Origin: an uncultured virus (IMG/VR IMGVR_UViG_3300025530_000412)
Lineage: Duplodnaviria > Heunggongvirae > Uroviricota > Caudoviricetes
DNA: 64,000 bases
Virus record (IMG/VR): IMGVR_UViG_3300025530_000412
Direction: 5' to 3' (one strand)
This document shows, piece by piece, positions 46,401 through 58,637 of this stretch. The position numbers and the translations under genes are program-made. The first letter of the stretch is position 1. Each line of letters starts with the position of its first letter. The notes under the pieces were generated by a model, which worked only from the letters and a program-made list of their open reading frames with translations, searched no databases and was not told the DNA's origin.

Positions 46401-48077
46401 ATAAAATGGATACAAAAAACACCTAAAATTCCTTTTGATAAATTAGAACATATACATAATAAACTGGCTAAAATTTATGGGATTGAGAATTTAGAACGAT
46501 TTCTATATCCAACAAAAAATGAAATGTATGACCCATATTTATTACAAAATATTGATTTGGCAAGAGATCGGATTGTATTAGCAATACAAACTGGTGAAGT
46601 AATTTCATTATTTGTTGATCCAGATTGTGACGGTGTTTGTTCATCAGCAATAATGTACAATTACTTAAAAAACTTCACTGACAATGTAAATTATTTTCAT
46701 AATCAAAGGTCTGAAGGACATGGGATTGTAACCTCAATGCATCTCATTCCTGAAAACACACAATTATTGATTATAATTGATAGTTCATCAAGCGACACTG
46801 AACAATGTAAAATATTAAAATCTAAATACATAGATATAATAATTTTAGATCATCATCTTATTGAACGAGAAAATCCATATTGTATTTTAGTGAATCCACA
46901 AACATGCAATTATCCCAATAAATACATATCTGGTTCAGTGGTCGCGTGGAAGATGATTTCTGTTTTAGATAAAGTTTTGAATAGTAATTTAAGTAATGAT
47001 TATATTGATCTTGCCGCAATTGGTTTATTAGGCGATCAAATGAATATGCTTGAATATGAAAATCGTTATATAGTACATCAAGGATTGAATAATATCAGAA
47101 ACAAAGGAATTAAAGCACTATTATCTGAATTTGGAAAAGATAAAAATAAATTATCATCAACAGATATATTATATAGTGTAATTCCTGCGTTGAATGCGGC
47201 TTGTAGATTAGATCAAATTGAAATTGCATTAGCTTTGCTTACAGAAGAAGATCCCAAAAAAGTTAAGCAACTTGCACAGGAAATTATTAAACTAAACAAT
47301 GAAAGAAAAGTTGTTCAAGCAAAGTATTATAATGAATTGGTTGGTTTAGTGAATCCAAATGACAAATGTTCAATCATTATCAATAACTCAATTGGCTCTG
47401 GTTATCGCGGTCTACTAGCAGGAGATTTATCAAATGAGTTTAAGAAACCAGTAATGGTATTATCTGAATCAGATGATGATACATATAAAGGTTCGTATCG
47501 AAGTGGAGATATTAATTTAAAAACTATATTAAATTCGATTCCTCAAGTAATCTATGCTGCTGGTCATCCTTATGCTGGTGGTGTTTGTTTTAAGAAAGAT
47601 GATCTAAATCTCATTCAAGCACAACTCAATGAACTTTTACCACCATTCAATACGCAACAAGATTGTTTAGAGTATGTGCTTGAATTTGATATAGATGAGA
47701 TTAATGAACAATTAATTAAGGATGTGGAGGGGTTTTATCGAATAAGTGGAAATGGATTTAATGTAGGTTTATTCAAAATTAACAATGTCTTTATTTTGGA
47801 TAAGCAATTGTTAGGAAAAGAACAAAACACAATAAAGTTAAATGTATGTTCATCTGATTATGCAAGAAAACATAAAAGTTGGGGATATGATAATATTGAT
47901 CCAACTCATTTTTTAATGAAATTTCGAACAACAAATGATTACATAAGTGATAAATGCATACATAAAGAAATTTCAGTTTTGGGTACATTGAATTTAAACA
48001 TTTTCAAAAATCAAAGAACAGGCAAAATAACTAAATCAAAGCAAATATTTATTGAGGATTATAAATTAGTTTTTTAA
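46401..48077 (+). CDS. RecJ-like DHH ssDNA exonuclease (YorK-like)
   Basis: DPDCDG, DHH, GSYR, GHPYAGG; frame open upstream to ATA 46401 after GAGGTG. Confidence 0.88.
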   Translation: MKWIQKTPKIPFDKLEHIHNKLAKIYGIENLERFLYPTKNEMYDPYLLQNIDLARDRIVLAIQTGEVISLFVDPDCDGVCSSAIMYNYLKNFTDNVNYFHNQRSEGHGIVTSMHLIPENTQLLIIIDSSSSDTEQCKILKSKYIDIIILDHHLIERENPYCILVNPQTCNYPNKYISGSVVAWKMISVLDKVLNSNLSNDYIDLAAIGLLGDQMNMLEYENRYIVHQGLNNIRNKGIKALLSEFGKDKNKLSSTDILYSVIPALNAACRLDQIEIALALLTEEDPKKVKQLAQEIIKLNNERKVVQAKYYNELVGLVNPNDKCSIIINNSIGSGYRGLLAGDLSNEFKKPVMVLSESDDDTYKGSYRSGDINLKTILNSIPQVIYAAGHPYAGGVCFKKDDLNLIQAQLNELLPPFNTQQDCLEYVLEFDIDEINEQLIKDVEGFYRISGNGFNVGLFKINNVFILDKQLLGKEQNTIKLNVCSSDYARKHKSWGYDNIDPTHFLMKFRTTNDYISDKCIHKEISVLGTLNLNIFKNQRTGKITKSKQIFIEDYKLVF

Positions 48078-48967
48078 AATAAAATATTACATAAAGGAGT
48101 ATACATATGAAATATTATGCTATTGCTTTTAATGAAGAAGGTCAAAATTTTGTAATTGATAATCTACCAGAAGAACGTATTCATGCTGTAAATAAAGCAT
48201 TTGATCATTGTAAAAGCAATAATCTTATTCTCCAAGGAGTTTATCCAGTAAAGGGAACAGGTAAACAAAGTGATACGCTAACGAAAATGACTCCTGAAAA
48301 AAGAAGTCGTAAATTGTATTGGGTATTTTAACTTTATCAAGGAGGACACAAGTAAATGAATAAATTTTTTGAAAAACTTGGTTTAGGGACTTTTGTTACT
48401 GGTGGCGTTGGACTGTTTTTATTTCTTGTTCCAATTCTCCGTTTTGTTGGGGGATGGATTGTAGGTTTGATTTTAGGATGGGTTTTTGGGGCTTATGTAA
48501 CTGATGGACTTAATTTGTTACTTGGAACTGATCGATTCGTTAAAGGCGATTTACCAATGATTTGTGCAACGCTTGCAGTTGTTGGTGGATATTTTAGATC
48601 ACATCAAGTAAACAATAATAAATAAAGGTGATGTTATGAAAGAGTATATTTTTCTATTTAATGTTGATGATGATAAAATGATTAATTTTTTGCAATCATT
48701 CCTTGATGATGATGTGTTAGTCGAAAATTATGGGCTATTTCCCGATCGTAAGGATTATTCATTTAAAAGTATTTGGGTGACAAAAGATAAATATAAATAT
48801 GCTTTTGCAATTATGGAATCACCTACATATTCATATGATGAAGACTATGAGCCTCTTACTTCTTCTGTTTGCGAAAAATGGATGCAGAATTGGATTGAAC
48901 AAGGTTATGTACTTAAGAGGTGAAAGAAAGAAAAATTCCGTTAAAAACATAGTTTTATTTGAAGTAG

Positions 48968-49354
48968 GTGTTAAAGTATTTGCTTATAGTATATGATTCA
49001 AAAACTGGTAATACACAAAGATTTATAAATAAGTTAAATTTGAAATCAGTAAAAATTACAGAAGATTTGGTTATAGAAGAACCTTTTGTATTAGTAACTC
49101 ATACTACAGGCATTGGGCAGATACCACAAACAACATTAAAATTTTTAGAGAAAAATTATCAATATCTTAAAGGCGTAGCATGTAGTGGTAACAAAGTTTG
49201 GGGAAAAAATTATGGGGCAGCATGTGACTTAATTTCAAAAAAATATGGTGTACCAATTTTAATGAAATTTGAATTAAGTGGATCTAAGTCTGATGTAGAA
49301 AAATTCCATCAGGAGGTAAACAAACTTGTTAAATCAGATTCCAAAATGGATTAA
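48968..49354 (+). CDS. nrdI: Class Ib RNR flavodoxin NrdI
   Basis: YDSKTGNTQRF, SGNKVWG, KFELSG. Confidence 0.93.
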   Translation: MLKYLLIVYDSKTGNTQRFINKLNLKSVKITEDLVIEEPFVLVTHTTGIGQIPQTTLKFLEKNYQYLKGVACSGNKVWGKNYGAACDLISKKYGVPILMKFELSGSKSDVEKFHQEVNKLVKSDSKMD

Positions 49355-51425
49355 ATTAAACAATGAAATAATGATTCAAAAAGATGGGAATTTTCAATTT
49401 GAAAAAGATAAAGAAGCGGTTAAAAGCTATTTCGTGGATTATATCAATCAAAATACAGTCTTTTTTCATGATTTAAAAGAAAAATTGGATTATTTGGTAG
49501 AGAATGATTATTACGAAAAGGAATTTTTGGATAAATATACTTTTAAACAAATCAAAGATGTTTTTAAGATTGCTTATGATAAGAAGTTTAGATTCCCATC
49601 TTTCATGAGTGCATTTAAATTTTATAATGATTATGCGCTTAAAACCAATGATAAAAAGAAAATTCTTGAGCGATATGAGGACAGAGTTTCAATTGTAGCA
49701 TTATATTTAGCTGATGGAGATTATGAAAAAGCTAAAAAATTAGTAAAAATGCTTATTGAACAAGAATATCAGCCTGCAACCCCCACCTTTTTGAATGCTG
49801 GACGCAAACGCAGGGGTGAATTAGTAAGTTGCTTTTTATTAGAAGTAAATGATTCGTTGAATGATATTGCTAAGGCTGTTGAAACTGCAATGCAATTGTC
49901 TAAATTGGGTGGAGGAGTTGCGTTAAACCTCTCCAAAATTCGTGCAAAAGGTGAACCAATCAAAGGTATTGAAAATGCGACTAAAGGTGTAGTAGGTGTA
50001 ATGAAGCTACTTGATCATGCATTTAGATATGCTGATCAGATGGGTCAAAGGAGTGGATCTGGAGCAGTATATTTAAATGTTTTTCATGCAGATATTAATG
50101 ATTACCTCGAAACCAAAAAAATCAATGCCGATGAAGATGTTCGTGTAAAAACTCTTTCTATTGGAGTTGTAATTCCAGATAAGTTTATTGAACTTGCTAA
50201 AGAAGATCGTGATATGTATGTATTTTATCCATATTCAGTTTATAAAGAATATGGAATTCATCTTGACGAAATGAATATTACAGAAATGTATGATGAATTA
50301 GTCAACAATCCTAATGTTCGTAAAGATAAATTAAATCCAAGAAAATTACTTGAAAAAATGGCTTCACTTCGGTTTGAATCCGGTTATCCATATATTATGT
50401 TTCAAGATAATGTAAATAAAGTTCATACCTTAAATAATGTAAATAAGGTAAAATTTAGTAACCTCTGTAGTGAAGTCCTTCAATGTTCTAAAGTATCAAC
50501 CTATACAGACTATGGCCTTGAAGATGATATTGGACTTGATATTTCATGTAATCTTGGTTCAATCAATATTGTCAATGTAATGAAAAATAAATCCATCAAA
50601 GAAACAGTAAAATTAGCAATGGATGCGTTAACTACTGTTTCAGAAAAAACTTCAATTACAAATGCTCCAGCCGTAAAAAGGGCCAACGAATTGATGCGAT
50701 CTGTAGGTTTGGGTGCAATGAATTTGCATGGATTCTTGACAAAAAATAAAATCATGTACGAAAGTGAAGAAGCAAGAGATTTTGCAAATACATTTTTCAT
50801 GATGGTGAATTATTACTCGCTTGAACGTTCAATGGAAATTGCCAAAGAAAGAAATCAAAAGTTTTATGGATTTGAAGGTTCAACTTATGCTACCGGAGAA
50901 TACTTTGAAAAATATCTTAAACAAGATTTCTTACCTAAATACGAGAAGGTTAAAAAACTATTCGAAGGTATTTACATCCCAATAAAAGAAGATTGGGCAA
51001 ATTTGAAACAACAAGTAATGGAACATGGATTGTATCATGCATATAGACTTGCAATTGCTCCCACTGGCAGTATTTCATATGTGCTATCAGCGACGGCTTC
51101 TGTAATGCCAATTATGGAGCGCATTGAAGAAAGAACATATGGAAATTCTAAAACATATTATCCAATGCCTTATTTGTCAAATGAAACTTGGTTCTATTAT
51201 AAAGAAGCATACGATATGGATATGTTTAAAGTTGTTGATATGATTGCAACAATTCAACAACATGTAGATCAAGGAATTAGTTTTACATTATTTATGAAGG
51301 ATACTCATACAACTAGAGATTTAAATAAAATCGATCTATATGCTCATCATAAAGGGATTAAAACACTTTATTATGCAAGAACCAAAGATACAACAAGAGA
51401 AAATTGTCTATCTTGTGTTGTTTAA
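49326..51425 (+). CDS. nrdE: Class Ib ribonucleotide reductase alpha
   Basis: ATPTFLNAG, SCFLL, SNLCSE, APTGSIS, C-terminal CLSCVV; no intron or intein seen. Confidence 0.96.
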   Translation: MLNQIPKWIKLNNEIMIQKDGNFQFEKDKEAVKSYFVDYINQNTVFFHDLKEKLDYLVENDYYEKEFLDKYTFKQIKDVFKIAYDKKFRFPSFMSAFKFYNDYALKTNDKKKILERYEDRVSIVALYLADGDYEKAKKLVKMLIEQEYQPATPTFLNAGRKRRGELVSCFLLEVNDSLNDIAKAVETAMQLSKLGGGVALNLSKIRAKGEPIKGIENATKGVVGVMKLLDHAFRYADQMGQRSGSGAVYLNVFHADINDYLETKKINADEDVRVKTLSIGVVIPDKFIELAKEDRDMYVFYPYSVYKEYGIHLDEMNITEMYDELVNNPNVRKDKLNPRKLLEKMASLRFESGYPYIMFQDNVNKVHTLNNVNKVKFSNLCSEVLQCSKVSTYTDYGLEDDIGLDISCNLGSINIVNVMKNKSIKETVKLAMDALTTVSEKTSITNAPAVKRANELMRSVGLGAMNLHGFLTKNKIMYESEEARDFANTFFMMVNYYSLERSMEIAKERNQKFYGFEGSTYATGEYFEKYLKQDFLPKYEKVKKLFEGIYIPIKEDWANLKQQVMEHGLYHAYRLAIAPTGSISYVLSATASVMPIMERIEERTYGNSKTYYPMPYLSNETWFYYKEAYDMDMFKVVDMIATIQQHVDQGISFTLFMKDTHTTRDLNKIDLYAHHKGIKTLYYARTKDTTRENCLSCVV

Positions 51426-51441
51426 AGAAAGGGTGTAATGA

Positions 51442-52410
51442 TTGAATAAATTTACTGCTGCCAATTGGTCAAAACCTGAAGATTCATTCACGCAAATGTT
51501 TTATCAACAAAATGTAAGACAATTTTGGCTTCCTGAAGAAATTAGCTTGAATGGTGATTTGTTAACATGGAAATTATTAAATGAAAAAGAGAAAGATACA
51601 TATAAAAAGGTATTAGCAGGATTAACATTGCTAGATACTGAGCAAGGAAATACAGGTATGCCTTTAATTGCAAGTCAAGTAGAAGGACATCAGAGAAAAG
51701 CTGTATTAAATTTTATGGCCATGATGGAAAATGCCGTTCATGCTAAATCTTATTCCAACATTTTTATTACTCTTGCTTCATTAGAAGAAATTGAAGCAGT
51801 ATTTGAATGGGTTGAAAATAATCGATATTTGCAAAAGAAAACTAAAATTATCACCGACATTTACAAAAATATTAAATCAAATGATAAAATCTCTCTTTAT
51901 AAGGCAATGGTTGCGTCAGTGTTTTTAGAAAGTTTTCTGTTTTATTCAGGATTTTATTATCCTTTGTATTTTTATGGTCAAGGAAAATTGATGCAAAGTG
52001 GAGAAATCATTAATCTTATCTTGAGGGACGAAGCTATCCACGGAGTTTATGTCGGATTACTTGCACAAGAAATTTATAATAGCTTATCAGATGATCAGAA
52101 AGAAGAATTATCTTCATTTGCAATTGATTTATTGTTGAACTTGTATGATAATGAATTGCTTTACACTGAAGATATTTATGATCAAGTTGATTTAACTCAC
52201 GATGTTAAAAAATTCATTAGATACAATGCTAATAAAGCACTTCAGAATTTAGGTTTCGAACCTTACTTTAAAGAGGAAGAAATTAATCCTATTGTTTTAA
52301 ATGGATTAAATACTAAGACTAAATCTCATGATTTCTTTTCGATGAAGGGTCAAGGTTATGTTAAAGCCATTGTTGAACCACTAAAGGATGAAGATTTTTA
52401 TTTTGATTAA
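51442..52410 (+). CDS. nrdF: Class Ib ribonucleotide reductase beta
   Basis: [31 protein letters not shown]. Confidence 0.96.
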   Translation: MNKFTAANWSKPEDSFTQMFYQQNVRQFWLPEEISLNGDLLTWKLLNEKEKDTYKKVLAGLTLLDTEQGNTGMPLIASQVEGHQRKAVLNFMAMMENAVHAKSYSNIFITLASLEEIEAVFEWVENNRYLQKKTKIITDIYKNIKSNDKISLYKAMVASVFLESFLFYSGFYYPLYFYGQGKLMQSGEIINLILRDEAIHGVYVGLLAQEIYNSLSDDQKEELSSFAIDLLLNLYDNELLYTEDIYDQVDLTHDVKKFIRYNANKALQNLGFEPYFKEEEINPIVLNGLNTKTKSHDFFSMKGQGYVKAIVEPLKDEDFYFD

Positions 52411-52440
52411 TAAAAAGTATATTAATAAAAGGAGGTGTAA

Positions 52441-52620
52441 ATTATCTTTAATTTATTTCTCGATTGTCTTAAATCGTTATTTGTTGGTCTAATTTGCGGT
52501 TTTGTCTTTGCATTTGTTAGGTTGCCTGTTCCTGCTCCACCAGTATTAGCTGGCGTTTCTGGAATCTTAGGTATCACTTTAGGTTGGATGTTATACGAAA
52601 AATTAATTAATTATCGATAA
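52441..52620 (+). CDS. XapX (DUF1427) small membrane protein, non-canonical start
   Basis: GGAGGTG + ATT; RLPVPAPPVLAGVSGILGITLG; absent from the ORF track. Confidence 0.7.
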   Translation: MIFNLFLDCLKSLFVGLICGFVFAFVRLPVPAPPVLAGVSGILGITLGWMLYEKLINYR

Positions 52621-52667
52621 TTAAAAATAAACCAACAAACAATAAACAGAAGGAGAAATGAATACAT

Positions 52668-53288
52668 ATGAAACTAAAAGTAGAACAAAGAGTTTGGTAC
52701 ACCAAAGCAAAAAAGAAAGCTGTCGTGAAAGAATTACTACCAAGCGGACTAATTCGAATTACATACTTTGATCCTCAAACAGATAAAAGGCAAGTTAAAG
52801 ATGTACTGCAAGAGGAATTGAAACCATTTAGAAAAAAATCAAAAAAGCGATTTAAAAAACAATTTGTTATCAAGGTAAAATATTTTAATGATATTGAAAA
52901 ACTAAAAAAGATTGAACAAGGGGAATGGATTGATCTTCGTGCTGCGGAAGATGTTGAATTGAAGGCAGGAGAATATAAATTAATTCCTCTTGGTATTGCT
53001 ATGAAACTACCATATGGTTATGAGGCAAATATCGTACCAAGATCAAGCACATTTAAGAATTGGGGTATCTTGCAAACAAATTCATATGGTGTAATTGATA
53101 ACTCATATAATGGCGACGATGACCAATGGATGTTTCCTGCATATGCAACAAGAGATACGATCATTAAGAAGAATGACCGAATTTGTCAATTTAGAATTCA
53201 AAGGACGATGCCCAAAGTTAAAATCATTGAAGTATCAAAGCTACATGATAAAAATCGTGGTGGATTTGGAAGTACGGGCAAAAATTGA
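52668..53288 (+). CDS. dut: Trimeric dUTPase with ~65-aa N-terminal extension
   Basis: [30 protein letters not shown]. Confidence 0.92.
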   Translation: MKLKVEQRVWYTKAKKKAVVKELLPSGLIRITYFDPQTDKRQVKDVLQEELKPFRKKSKKRFKKQFVIKVKYFNDIEKLKKIEQGEWIDLRAAEDVELKAGEYKLIPLGIAMKLPYGYEANIVPRSSTFKNWGILQTNSYGVIDNSYNGDDDQWMFPAYATRDTIIKKNDRICQFRIQRTMPKVKIIEVSKLHDKNRGGFGSTGKN

Positions 53289-53345
53289 TAATAGAGAAGG
53301 CGACACTACTGTCGCCTTCTAATTTATAAATAGAGGAGAATCAAT

Positions 53346-54131
53346 ATGTCAAATTTTGATATCCAATATAAAGAACTTGTAAAAGATATTCTAGAAAACG
53401 GATATTATGCTTCAAATCGAACAAAAGATAAGACTAAAAAGGTATTCGGTAAAATCCTACGTTTCAATCTTCAGGAAGAATTTCCAATTTTAACGATCAA
53501 AAAAACTGGATTCAAAACTTTGACTCAAGAGATGCTATGGATTTATCAAATTGCATCAAATGATGTTAATTGGCTAAATAAAAGAGGAATTCATATTTGG
53601 GATGAATGGAAGTTGGAGGATGGAACGATAGGCAAAGCGTATGGGTTTCAGATCCAAAAATATAATCAAATTGGAAAACTTATCGAAACTCTAAAAACAG
53701 ATCCACAATCAAGACGCATGGTAATTAATTTATGGAACTTGGATGATTTAAACACAATGTCGCTTACACCGTGCATGTATAATCATGTAGCCGATGTTAA
53801 TGATGGTAAATTAAATTGGCACACAACCATTAGATCGTCAGATGTGGGATTGGGCCTACCATTTAATGTAAGTCAAACAGCAGTACTTGTTCATATGCTT
53901 GCACAAGTAACGGGATTACAAGTGGGTGAAATGTTGTTTACATTAGTAAATGCTCACTTATACGAACAACATTTTGAACCCATTCAAGAAATTTTTAATC
54001 GCGAGCCCTATCCGGCACCTAAACTGTGGCTTAATCCTAATATTGCAAACTTTTATGATTTTACAATTGATGATGTTAAACTGATTGATTATAAATATCA
54101 CCCTCATATTCCATTAAGGGTAAGTGTTTGA
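53346..54131 (+). CDS. thyA: Thymidylate synthase
   Basis: IWDEW, PQSRR, LTPC, RSSDVGLGLPFN, HLY. Confidence 0.95.
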   Translation: MSNFDIQYKELVKDILENGYYASNRTKDKTKKVFGKILRFNLQEEFPILTIKKTGFKTLTQEMLWIYQIASNDVNWLNKRGIHIWDEWKLEDGTIGKAYGFQIQKYNQIGKLIETLKTDPQSRRMVINLWNLDDLNTMSLTPCMYNHVADVNDGKLNWHTTIRSSDVGLGLPFNVSQTAVLVHMLAQVTGLQVGEMLFTLVNAHLYEQHFEPIQEIFNREPYPAPKLWLNPNIANFYDFTIDDVKLIDYKYHPHIPLRVSV

Positions 54132-54229
54132 AATAAAAATATAAATAAATATTGACAACATAAGATAAGTATGATATTTTTAGTGTAACCAAGTGAGGTT
54201 ACACTTTTTTATTAAGGAGGTGATAATGA

Positions 54230-54808
54230 ATGTACATTGCCTATTCTGATGCATCCTGTGACAATCAAGTAACCAATAAATCTAGTATAGGATACATAAT
54301 TTATCGTAGGAAAACTCTTGTTTGTAAAGCTTCAAGAATAATTGACTACAAAGTAAATTCAACTGAAGCAGAATATATTGCTCTATGCGAATTAATGAAA
54401 AAAGTTATTGAATTAAGAATACCAAAAGTGCTAATAAAAACCGATTGTAAAACAATCGTAGATCAAGTGATAGGTCAAGTAAATGTAAACGAAAAAATTT
54501 ATCCATATTATCAAATGTTACAAGAGTTAATAAAATTACATAACAATGTTTTGATCGAATGGATTCCAAGAAATGAAAACGCAAAGGCAAATAATCTTTG
54601 TGTAAAATCAAGAAAGAAAAATATAAATAAACTTGATATTTACAAGAGAAACTTTTATTGTACCAAATTAAGAGATACAAAAAATATAAAATTTTATCGG
54701 TGTAAAATCTGCAAAGAACGAAAATTCTTTACCGAATTTATCAAAAGTAAAGATAAAAATAAAATATGTTATTTTTGTGTAAATAAATTAATTGAAATTT
54801 CATACTGA
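54230..54808 (+). CDS. RNase HI-like protein with C-terminal Zn finger
   Basis: YSDAS, EAEYIAL, TDC, WIPRNEN..AN (last Asp replaced by Asn); CKIC..CYFC. Confidence 0.8.
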   Translation: MYIAYSDASCDNQVTNKSSIGYIIYRRKTLVCKASRIIDYKVNSTEAEYIALCELMKKVIELRIPKVLIKTDCKTIVDQVIGQVNVNEKIYPYYQMLQELIKLHNNVLIEWIPRNENAKANNLCVKSRKKNINKLDIYKRNFYCTKLRDTKNIKFYRCKICKERKFFTEFIKSKDKNKICYFCVNKLIEISY

Positions 54809-57352
54809 TACAAAAAGGAGTGTAAAAATGAGAGTTATTGCAAAAGATAATTTGACTTTGTATCCCCATACTTGGACAAAAGGACTTGATTATGAGTTGG
54901 TAAAGCATATTGATTATGTAACAATTGCTTCAAATGAGGGTCAAGTCAATTTCACAGGAGAGGCTATGGAACGATTGCATGAAGTATTTAAGAAACAATC
55001 GATATGCGACAATACAGATTTCACGAAAATCAAAAGGTTAACAAAAATAGGTGAGGGATGAATTGAAATGGCAAATACTTACGGAGAAATAGATCACGAT
55101 TATACAGATGAAATCACATGTCCGTGGTGTGGATATGAGTTTGGGGATAGTTGGGAAATAAAATCAGATAGCGAAGACTTAGGGCTAATAGAGTGCTACA
55201 AATGCGATAAGGAGTTTTATGCAACCAGAAATATAGAGGTCACTTGTTCAACAAGGAAAGCAACTTATGGAGAATGTAGAAAGTGTTATAAAAAGGATGT
55301 TGTCATAGAAAATTATTGGTCGTCTTTAGGGAAATACAAAGGTTTGTGTATTGAATGCGGCAAAAAAGAAAAGGAGCGTTTAACTAGAGAGTACATAGCG
55401 AAGCTTGTGGGTGACAAATAACATGTTGCATTGGGGGAATCGATACATGGGTGAAGCATAACGATGTAAGTAATCAGGATTAAGTACAAGGGAACCAAAA
55501 CGTGAAAAAAAGTTCTTTAAGAAGAACAGTATAGAGTACTTGTTGATGATGAGAATCAGATCAATACGAAACTTCAGAAGCAACTCACACTGTTCTAGGA
55601 GGGAAAAGGGATGATCGGTAAATGCGATAAGTGCAAAGAGGAAAAGAAGATCGTATCCAGGGTCTTCCTCTTCGAGGGGGACGAAGAACCGTTGTTCCAA
55701 TATTGTGCTGACTGCATGAAGATCACCGACGAATCCACCGCCACGGGGAGGGAAAAGGGATGACCGAATATTGCCCACGTTGCGGCGGCGAATTGACGGA
55801 AATGCCAACCAACCACTATACAAAGAAAATCTTGGCATGCGAGCGTTGCAGAAAAGAAGATTTGAAGCGACTGCTGAACATATCCGACGAATCCACCGTC
55901 TACGGCAACGACTGTAGGGACGGGAAATGTGAGATGTGAAAGGAGGTAACACAAGTGAGCAAATTTGACTTTCTGCCACTTTCGGAACAGGAAAAGAAAA
56001 TGAACGATCCCGCAGTAAAACAAGCAATCCGAACGCTTAAAGTGAAAGGCATCACCATCAAACAAATCGAAGAAGCTTTCCGGTATTATGATCGGTTGAA
56101 AAGGAGCGAACCCAAGTGAGCAAATTTGACTTCATGTTTTTCCACGACGGTTGTTATGTGACCGACATCGTTGCGCCGAAATCGAAGTACACGAAAGAGG
56201 AATTTTTGGAAACCGCGCAATTTGAAAGCGATGGGTACGATTTTGCAGATGAAGTTAAACCGGAAAATATCCGCGAGAAATATGTCCGATGGTATCCTGT
56301 TCCGCCTGAAGATTGCGATTATGACGGTGACAAAGGCTGCTACACGTTCGGTAAGCCCGGACGCGGAGCAATTCCGGTGTGGGCGATAAACGTCAGGTGA
56401 AAGGAGAAAACACAAATGACTGAATACCTGAGCAAGAAAGCGGTGTTGGAATGGTTGACAGAGCAGTATTTCCACGGCATGGGAGAGGAAGCGTGGAACA
56501 CGGCTATATCCAAATTGCAAGAAAAGATCGAATCCGGCGCATTCGATGCAGATGAAATGGAACATATCAACGCATATTGGGCGCGTGAAGGGTTGATCAA
56601 GCATCAGCAGGAGGAAATCCAGCGTCTTAGGGCGGCGTTGGTGGAAATCAAGCAACTTCTGAACGAAAATCGAGAAAATGACGGAGCATTTCAAAGTTGG
56701 AACCACATGCAAGCATGGAAGGTTGCGACACAAGCCCTCTCCACCACGACTGAACAAACCAAAGTCAAAACATGCATCATGTGCGGCAAACGCGAAGGTG
56801 TGAATCTTAGCACCGCTGGAAGATGGTACTGCGAAACCTGCACAGATGCTTTGCCGCCTATTGACGCCGAACGTGAAGTGAAGGTGAAACGGGAAATTCG
56901 GCGTTTGCGAGAAGCGGCAACGGCGCTACATCAAACCTTGAACACTTATTGGTTGGGATATTGCGAAAAGGCAGATGTCGTTGCGGCGCAGTCGAATCTC
57001 TGTGATGTTCTCTCCACCGCAACCGAACCAACCGGCCCTTACACCGTCCGCCGCGACGAATACGGTCATGCCGTCGCCATCGAGCGAAACGGATATACGG
57101 TTCTGCATCTCCAGCCCGGAACTGAGCGGAATGAGCAGGAAGTGGATGGAATCGTGGCGTTGCTGAACATGAATGCGGAGAAGGCGGAACGGGTGAGGGA
57201 ATATTATCGCAAACTTGAAGAATTGCGAAATCGAACAAAATATCGTGATGCTGCCATTGAGTATGAGCAACGAATGACTGATATTTGCAATGTATTGGAT
57301 TTTCTCAGCATCAAAATCCCGGGCATCAACGCGCCGGAAGGAGATGGGAACG

Positions 57353-57736
57353 ATGCGTGAGATAAAGTTTCGCGGCAAACGGATTGATAACGGTGAATGG
57401 GTGTATGGTTATCTAATCGGCAATGATGTTATCGTCGGAGATATTGTGGAGTTTAACGACGAATATTTCAACACGGAATATTGGTTGAAAGTAGTACCTG
57501 AAACAGTCGGGCAATACACCGGCCTCAAGGACAAGAACGGGAAGGAGATTTATGAGGGTGACATCATTCAACACATACCATCAAAAGGCAAGGGACGGGT
57601 ATTCTTCGAAAAGGGCATATTCAAGGTGGAATGGCCAGCAATCGTCTCGTATCTTTGCGATGTCCGACATAACTGCAAAGTAATCGGAAATATCCATGAC
57701 AACCCCGAACTGCTGAAAGGAGAGGAAAATGAATGA
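57353..57736 (+). CDS. YopX-family protein
   Basis: MREIKFRG, GQYTGLKDKNGKEIYEGDI, IGNIHDNPELL. Confidence 0.92.
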   Translation: MREIKFRGKRIDNGEWVYGYLIGNDVIVGDIVEFNDEYFNTEYWLKVVPETVGQYTGLKDKNGKEIYEGDIIQHIPSKGKGRVFFEKGIFKVEWPAIVSYLCDVRHNCKVIGNIHDNPELLKGEENE

Positions 57737-58367
57737 ATAAGCAAATGGTTGACGCCTTAAATAGTCTGATTGTGGATGATTGGTCAGCATCCTGCGGAGA
57801 ACTGGAATACGTTCTAGCTGAAAATTCAGAAGAAAACAGAAAAATTCTACTTGAAGCCGGATTCACAGAAGAACAACTTAACAAAGCAACGGACGGTGGA
57901 AGAACCGACATAGATTTAACTTTACTTGCGCGGTATTACACTGATGCAGTTTGGTGGGATGAAAACGAGGGATTTAAAACGGAAGGAGACGGGAACGATG
58001 CGTGATCGATACGACGATTATGAATCGGATGTTGTATTCGACGTATGGATGCGCGGCGGAAATGTCGATTTGATCGATTCAGACAAGGTTAGAGACTGCT
58101 ATGATAGCGGCTATTATCCAGAAGAAGCCGCCGCACTTGAAATGAGGTTTCAGCGAAGGAAAAGAGGCGAGGATGAATGATTTATTCAAGCAACAATTTC
58201 AACATTCACAAACAGTTGCTTATCAATGACTTCATTCGTCGATGGGGAAATGCTCAAGTATGTCGTTCGTGTGGTTATGTATTGCCTTATGGTGTCTATG
58301 ACAAAATTCAAAGATGCTGTGGTCAAGAAATGGAAATAGTCAAAAAATTGGAAGGAGACGAGAACAC

Positions 58368-58637
58368 ATGATACGGTTGACCAAAAGCGGAAATGGCGAA
58401 CCCGTCTATGTTTCTCCTGACCTGATCGTTAGTGCTGAAATTGTTGACGAGGTTACCATGCTCAATGTGAGGAGTGACAGGATATTCGTCACCGAAACCC
58501 CCGAAGAAGTCGTTCGCAAGGTGTTGGAATGGAAGTTGGCGATGGCTGACTATCAGGACTCGAGCGGAGAGTATCGCCAAATGATGCGCGAAACCCTAGA
58601 AGAACTGGCCGGATTGGAGGAACCGAACCATGACTGA
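58368..58637 (+). CDS. FlbD-like protein
   Basis: MIRLT..NGEPVYVSPDLI...V.ETPEEV. Confidence 0.6.
   Translation: MIRLTKSGNGEPVYVSPDLIVSAEIVDEVTMLNVRSDRIFVTETPEEVVRKVLEWKLAMADYQDSSGEYRQMMRETLEELAGLEEPNHD

Noticed and set aside
49326..52410. Group I introns or intein in nrdE/nrdF as in SPbeta
   Set aside because: Both ORFs are continuous and of normal length.
55005..55580. Possible second boundary motif (GACAATACAGATTTCACGAA / TCAATACGAAACTTCAGAA)
   Set aside because: Only two weakly similar instances; insufficient support.
55380..57378. Long minus-strand ORFs (215, 156, 223, 150 aa)
   Set aside because: Shadow frames of + strand genes in the GC-richer block; no recognisable motifs.
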